A stretch of 64,000 bases of DNA, taken from the NCBI GenBank assembly GCA_977017645.1, contig OZ360239.1, positions 39,804,001-39,868,000 on the forward strand, written 5' to 3'. Both the position numbers and the translations under genes were made by a program. A model generated the notes under the pieces. It saw nothing but the letters and a program-made list of their open reading frames with translations. It was not told the DNA's origin and ran no database searches. Every line of letters starts with the position of its first letter. Within the stretch, counting starts at the first letter, position 1. Origin of the DNA: Torpedo marmorata. Taxonomy: Eukaryota. Below are positions 61,426 through 64,000 of the stretch, piece after piece.

Positions 61426-61716
61426 ACAGAAAAATATCAATATTCATAGTGTGCTTTTGTAACAAATATGATTAGATGTGAACTGACAAGTGAAATGGCT
61501 ATCAAGAAACTGAACAGAAAGTTAATCAAGGGAAATCTTTTCAGGAAAATCTGGGAGCAGGAGATGGTAAATCTATTCTATCAACTTATAACTTTGGTAA
61601 CTTTATAAACCAAACAGCTTTCAATTACTGATTCCTCATATTCAATGCTGATGAACACACTGATTAAAATAAAATAAGTAAAACTATTTTGATTTTTTTT
61701 TTGGTGCTGTCTGAAG

Positions 61717-61804
61717 AATGACCAATGTAGAATTACATAGAGCATCTGGTCATACCCACGAATGACCAATGTAGAATTACATAGAGCATCTGGTCATACC
61801 CACG
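61717..61804. repeat. Perfect 44-bp tandem duplication
   Basis: aatgaccaatgtagaattacatagagcatctggtcatacccacg x2. Confidence 0.97.
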
Positions 61805-62311
61805 AAGTAAATAAATGAGAGCAAGGATCCATTTGGCTGGTGAAGAATAACTAACTGTCTTGTCTTTGGCACACTCCACACTTCTGTGTAATGTACAACC
61901 CTAGAAAGGAATAGTATTGTATCCTCAGACAAAAATAGATAAATAGATATAATTACCACACAATCCTTTCCTTATCTTACCACAACAAAATTACATTCGC
62001 ATGCAAGTAGACATTAGTTATTTATCAAAATATGAAATTATATTATAAAATCTCAACAGGCTAACCAGAAAAAATTTAGATTCAAAGATTGATTGTGCCG
62101 AAAGCAGAACTCAACTGACTGTCTTGCAGTAAAGCTGTGTTTATGCAATGAGATGGGTTTGAATAATATTCATGTCACAAAATAAAATACAGTGATACCT
62201 TGTGGCAGCATGTTTATTACCACTGCCTCAGACTTCATTTAACAGTAGGATTGATTGAACTGGTATCAGAACCAGGAAGGCTCAGACATCAAAATCATAT
62301 GACTATATCAT

Positions 62312-62312
<1 letters not shown>

Positions 62313-62342
<30 letters not shown>

Positions 62343-62360
62343 TTGTGTGTGTATATAAAC

Positions 62361-62398
<38 letters not shown>
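62313..62398. repeat. Compound (TA)/(TG)/(TA)/(CA) microsatellite
   Basis: Seen directly. Confidence 0.95.
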
Positions 62399-62535
62399 TG
62401 CTTTAATTATGTGATATCATAATGGCTTAAGTTCCACATTTTGTTAATTTCAGTGCAGCTAAAAACATCAATGTTCAAAAACATTAATAACTGGAAATAT
62501 CAGAAGCCTACCACTCAGTTATTCTTTTAAAACAT

Positions 62536-63158
62536 CAAGTCAAATCAAGTAAAGTTTATTGTCATCTGATTGTACGTACAACCCGACGAAACAGCGTTCT
62601 CTGGCCCCCGGTGCAAAACATGCAGACACACAACCAGACATAACACACATACAGTCAAACAATACATATGCAGGACAAGTATTTCATCTATACAAATAAA
62701 TAAATATTGTTTTATACACATGAGAGTCTCGGATGGTCAGTGTGAGCAGTTCCTTTGGTCGTTCAGCATTCTCACTGCCCGTGGGAAGAAGCTGTTCCTC
62801 AGCCTGGTGGTGCTGGCTCTGATACTCCTGTATCTCTTCCCTGATGGGAGCAGCTGAAAGATACTGTGTGAGGCGTGGAAGGGGTCCTCAATGATTTTGT
62901 GCGCCCTCTTCAGACAACAATCCAGGTAGATCACATCGTTGGGGGGAGGGAGACTCCATTGATCCTCTCTGCCACTCTTATGGTCCTTTGGATTGACCTC
63001 CGATCCATTTCTCTGCAGCAACTGTACCACACTGTGATGCAGCCGGCCAGGAAGCTCTCGATAGAGCTCCTATAGAAGGTTGACATAATGGTGGCCAGTA
63101 GCCTTGCCCTCTTCAGTCTCAGGAAGTGCAGTCGCTGTTGCGCCTTCCTGACAAGTGA
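62536..63158 (-). mobile_element. Rex1/Babar LINE 3' fragment (family of 6975-8409)
   Basis: RKAQQRLHFLRLKRARL...AGCITVWY and FQLLPSGKRYRSIRASTTRLRNSFFPRAVR; (cttgatttga)-type tail. Confidence 0.92.
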
Positions 63159-63202
63159 CATCATAAGACATCATAAATTTATAATAGTTTGTTGATTCTT
63201 AT

Positions 63203-63565
63203 AATAAAAACAAAAATACTGGAAACAATCTGCATCTCAGCCAGCATCTGTGGATCAAGAAACAGAGTTAATGTTTCAGGTAGAGGACCCTTCAGATGCT
63301 GCATAGCTTGTGAGTGTTTCCAGCATTTGGTTTTTATTTCAGATGCCCAGCATCTGCATTTTTTAAATTTTGTGCACTGTTGTCTCCAATGTTTTCTACA
63401 GAATTATGCTTTGAAACCCCAACATTTCTCAGTAAAGGGTTTCCACCCCAAACATCGACCAATTACTTCTGCCCATGGATTCTGCCTGCCCTGCAGGGTT
63501 CCTGCAGAATTCCTCCAGGTCCTGATTGTTTGCTCAATATTCCAGCTCCTGCAGTTTTCGTGTTA
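63203..63565. mobile_element. Old PLE-derived fold-back (63203-63365) plus an adjacent terminal-repeat remnant
   Basis: aataaaaacaaaaatactggaaaca / tgtttccagcatttggtttttatt arms; a second remnant follows from ~63430. Confidence 0.65.
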
Positions 63566-63919
63566 CCCTGAGATTATTTCACCCATTTAAATTCACTCAT
63601 TTGGCTAGAGTTGATAAATTTGGGATTGTAAGTGGATTAAGAGATATGGGTTAATATGGGAAAGTGGCATAGCCCTGAAAGATCAGCCATGGTCTCACTG
63701 AAAGGCAAAGCTGAAAGAAAGACCAATAGGACAACACCCCTGCTGTTTATGTTCTTTTCTGCAACTGAACTGTAAATCCAATGAGATTTGATTACTGAGT
63801 TGCCTGCCAAGGAGGCAAACACGATGAAAGATGTGAAGTACATGAGGATAACAAACCATAAATCATCTCTGAAACTCGCAACTGCTCTGCCTTTTACAAG
63901 CATGCAGCTATATACATAT

Positions 63920-64000
63920 GTAAAACACGAAAATCTTAGACACCGTGGTTGAAGTAAAAAACACAAATGCTGGAGAAACTCAGCAGGTCAAACAGTATCT
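63920..64000 (-). mobile_element. PLE terminal repeat running off the window end
   Basis: Reverse complement of ~41680-41760. Confidence 0.85.

Noticed and set aside
1-64000. Strand bias of retroelements as a sign of host-gene orientation
   Set aside because: Both orientations are well represented; no convincing bias by eye.

Overview
Repeat-dense vertebrate genomic DNA, most likely from an elasmobranch (probably a ray). The inference rests on HE1-type V-SINEs, CR1/HER1-type LINE tails and Penelope-like elements (PLEs). I find no recognisable host protein-coding exon, so the window looks intronic or intergenic. It has one 302-nt assembly gap (15471-15772). The only long ORF (13315-15198, minus) is the reverse transcriptase of a 5'-truncated Rex1/Babar LINE. 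The rest is a nested stack of CR1, Rex1, RTE and PLE fragments, tRNA-derived V-SINEs, a 5S-rRNA-derived SINE, and Harbinger, Tc1/mariner-pogo and piggyBac MITEs, separated by repeat-free islands that may be regulatory. Most interesting: (1) PLE terminal repeats carry a minimal hammerhead-ribozyme motif, with a C3-to-U variant in the younger copies, and also occur as short, mostly fold-back insertions with 9-16 bp target-site duplications (TSDs); (2) a 5S-derived SINE and an unrelated GC-rich non-coding retroposon share one Rex1-like 3' tail; (3) a Harbinger-type element contains a ~94-bp segment resembling the human Tigger-family MITE MER2 (recalled from memory, not searched); (4) two CR1 copies 21 kb apart carry the same 67-bp extension beyond their 3' tail. 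Boundaries of old repeats are approximate, and family names come from motif recognition, not database searches.
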